9,841 bases of DNA. Origin: Azolla caroliniana. Lineage: Eukaryota > Plantae > Polypodiophyta. The notes under the pieces are model-generated. The model saw only the letters and a list, made by a program, of their open reading frames with translations, had not been told where the DNA came from and ran no database searches. A program made the translations under genes and the position numbers. Location: NCBI GenBank assembly GCA_043228905.1, contig JBHGNT010001320.1:1-9841 (forward strand), written 5' to 3'. This document shows, piece after piece, positions 9,141-9,841 of this stretch (positions are counted from its first letter, which is position 1; every line of letters begins with the position of its first letter).

Positions 9141-9396
9141 ACTGTCATGAATAGTATTGAGACAGAGAAGGAATTAGTACTAAACGAAGGATTAGTACTA
9201 CGAGAGGTGTGAACTTCTTCGAGAGAAGGGAGAAGTGAGTGAGACAGAGAGAGAGTGAGTGAGTGATGATAAGAAAGATATTTATTATATGAAGAGAATA
9301 TACAACGGTGGCTAAAAGGCTTAAGACTGGCGTTGAACCAATTTGGTTCAACATAATGCCTAGTGCCCTCTTTTATAGTGTTTTCAGGAGTAATCC

Positions 9397-9436
9397 TGAA
9401 GCTTCTAGAATGTTCCAGAGAAATCTGGAATATACA
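9397..9436. promoter_or_regulatory. Heat-shock element (alternating nGAAn array) in LTR X
   Basis: tGAAgcTTCtaGAAtgTTCcaGAGaaATCtgGAAtaTAC: four consecutive perfect units plus four more in phase, ~20-60 bp upstream of the TATA box. Confidence 0.8.
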
Positions 9437-9484
9437 CTAATTTCCTATAATAAAATGTACATGAAAATAATATCCTACGTATTA

Positions 9485-9557
9485 CAATAGATGGTCTAAT
9501 GGTCAAGAGCTCGACCCATATAACCTAAGGTCATGGGTTCAAGTCTTGCCATATCAT
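9485..9557 (+). other. Degenerate tRNA-like / Pol III A-B box segment at outer end of LTR X
   Basis: A box TGGTCTAATGG (9492-9502) and B box GGTTCAAGTC (9536-9545), 44 nt apart as in tRNA genes. No intact acceptor stem. Confidence 0.55.
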
Positions 9558-9561
9558 GACA

Positions 9562-9841
9562 CTATCTGGATCAAGGTCGACCGCACATCGATTGATCACC
9601 ATCCATCAAGAAGACAAAAGAAACATTAGAAACAATAGCTCTGATACCGATTGTTAGAGCGATGGTCTAACCTAAGCATATGATAAAGATAAAAGATATA
9701 AGAAATAAGAAAGGTGAGAGAGAAAGAAGGGTGTTGATCCACCCGACCACCCCCGAACGAAGGGATCGAGATGGACTCGAGCCTTGATCGGCATCCCATA
9801 CCACCGCCGTGGCGTCAAGTCGTGCCTGTTGTTGGCACGCT
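9562..9841 (-). mobile_element. Gypsy copy B (same family as A): leader fragment, PBS and inner part of 5' LTR
   Basis: 9562-9840 aligns to 7345-7633 with 9 substitutions and one 10-bp indel (manual count). PBS at 9638-9649 reads CGGTATCAGAGC; LTR inner end at 9652. Confidence 0.93.

Larger units (their letters stand above)
9143..9561 (-). mobile_element. LTR X (419 bp), probable 5' LTR of a self-priming Tf1/Tcn1-type element
   Basis: Perfect 8-bp terminal inverted repeats TGTCATGA...TCATGACA and minus-strand TATAAAA at 9377-9371. The A/B homology stops exactly at its right end (9561/9562). Flanks CAAAC and CTATC do not match, so it is not a simple solo LTR. Confidence 0.82.

Noticed and set aside
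9485-9557. Functional tRNA gene (also 2535-2600)
   Set aside because: A/B boxes are present, but I could not form acceptor and anticodon stems; reported only as tRNA-like.
9143-9561. Solo LTR or MITE interpretation of X
   Set aside because: No matching TSD on the two flanks, and a PBS-like site plus ORF follows on one side, which fits a 5' LTR.
7345-9840. 7345-7633 and 9562-9840 as the two LTRs of one element
   Set aside because: Both copies include the PBS and internal leader, so each is a 5' end of a separate element.

Overview
Eukaryotic, land-plant-like heterochromatic DNA made almost entirely of nested LTR retrotransposons, with no intact host gene. (1) 1-1178 (+): 3' end of a decayed Ty1/copia element (RT/RNase H, PPT, 3' LTR), inserted into the integrase of (2). 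(2) 1179-~7830 (-): decayed chromovirus-like Ty3/gypsy element 'A' (5' LTR, tRNA-Met PBS, long leader, gag-PR-RT-RH-INT). Its RNase H is split by a 634-bp solo LTR with a 4-bp TSD, and its leader carries a strictly 56-bp-periodic hairpin array. (3) 7837-8531 (-): copia solo LTR with TTATC TSD, related to the LTR in (1). (4) 9143-9561 (-): 419-bp LTR 'X', carrying a long heat-shock element, a TATA box and an antisense tRNA-like head. It has no tRNA PBS, but a 12-nt site complementary to its own predicted transcript 5' end (Tf1/Tcn1-type self-priming), followed by a 50-aa coiled-coil ORF. (5) 9562-9841 (-): a second copy 'B' of the A-family leader/PBS/LTR, into which X appears to have inserted. 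All calls come from manual reading; no database searches were run.
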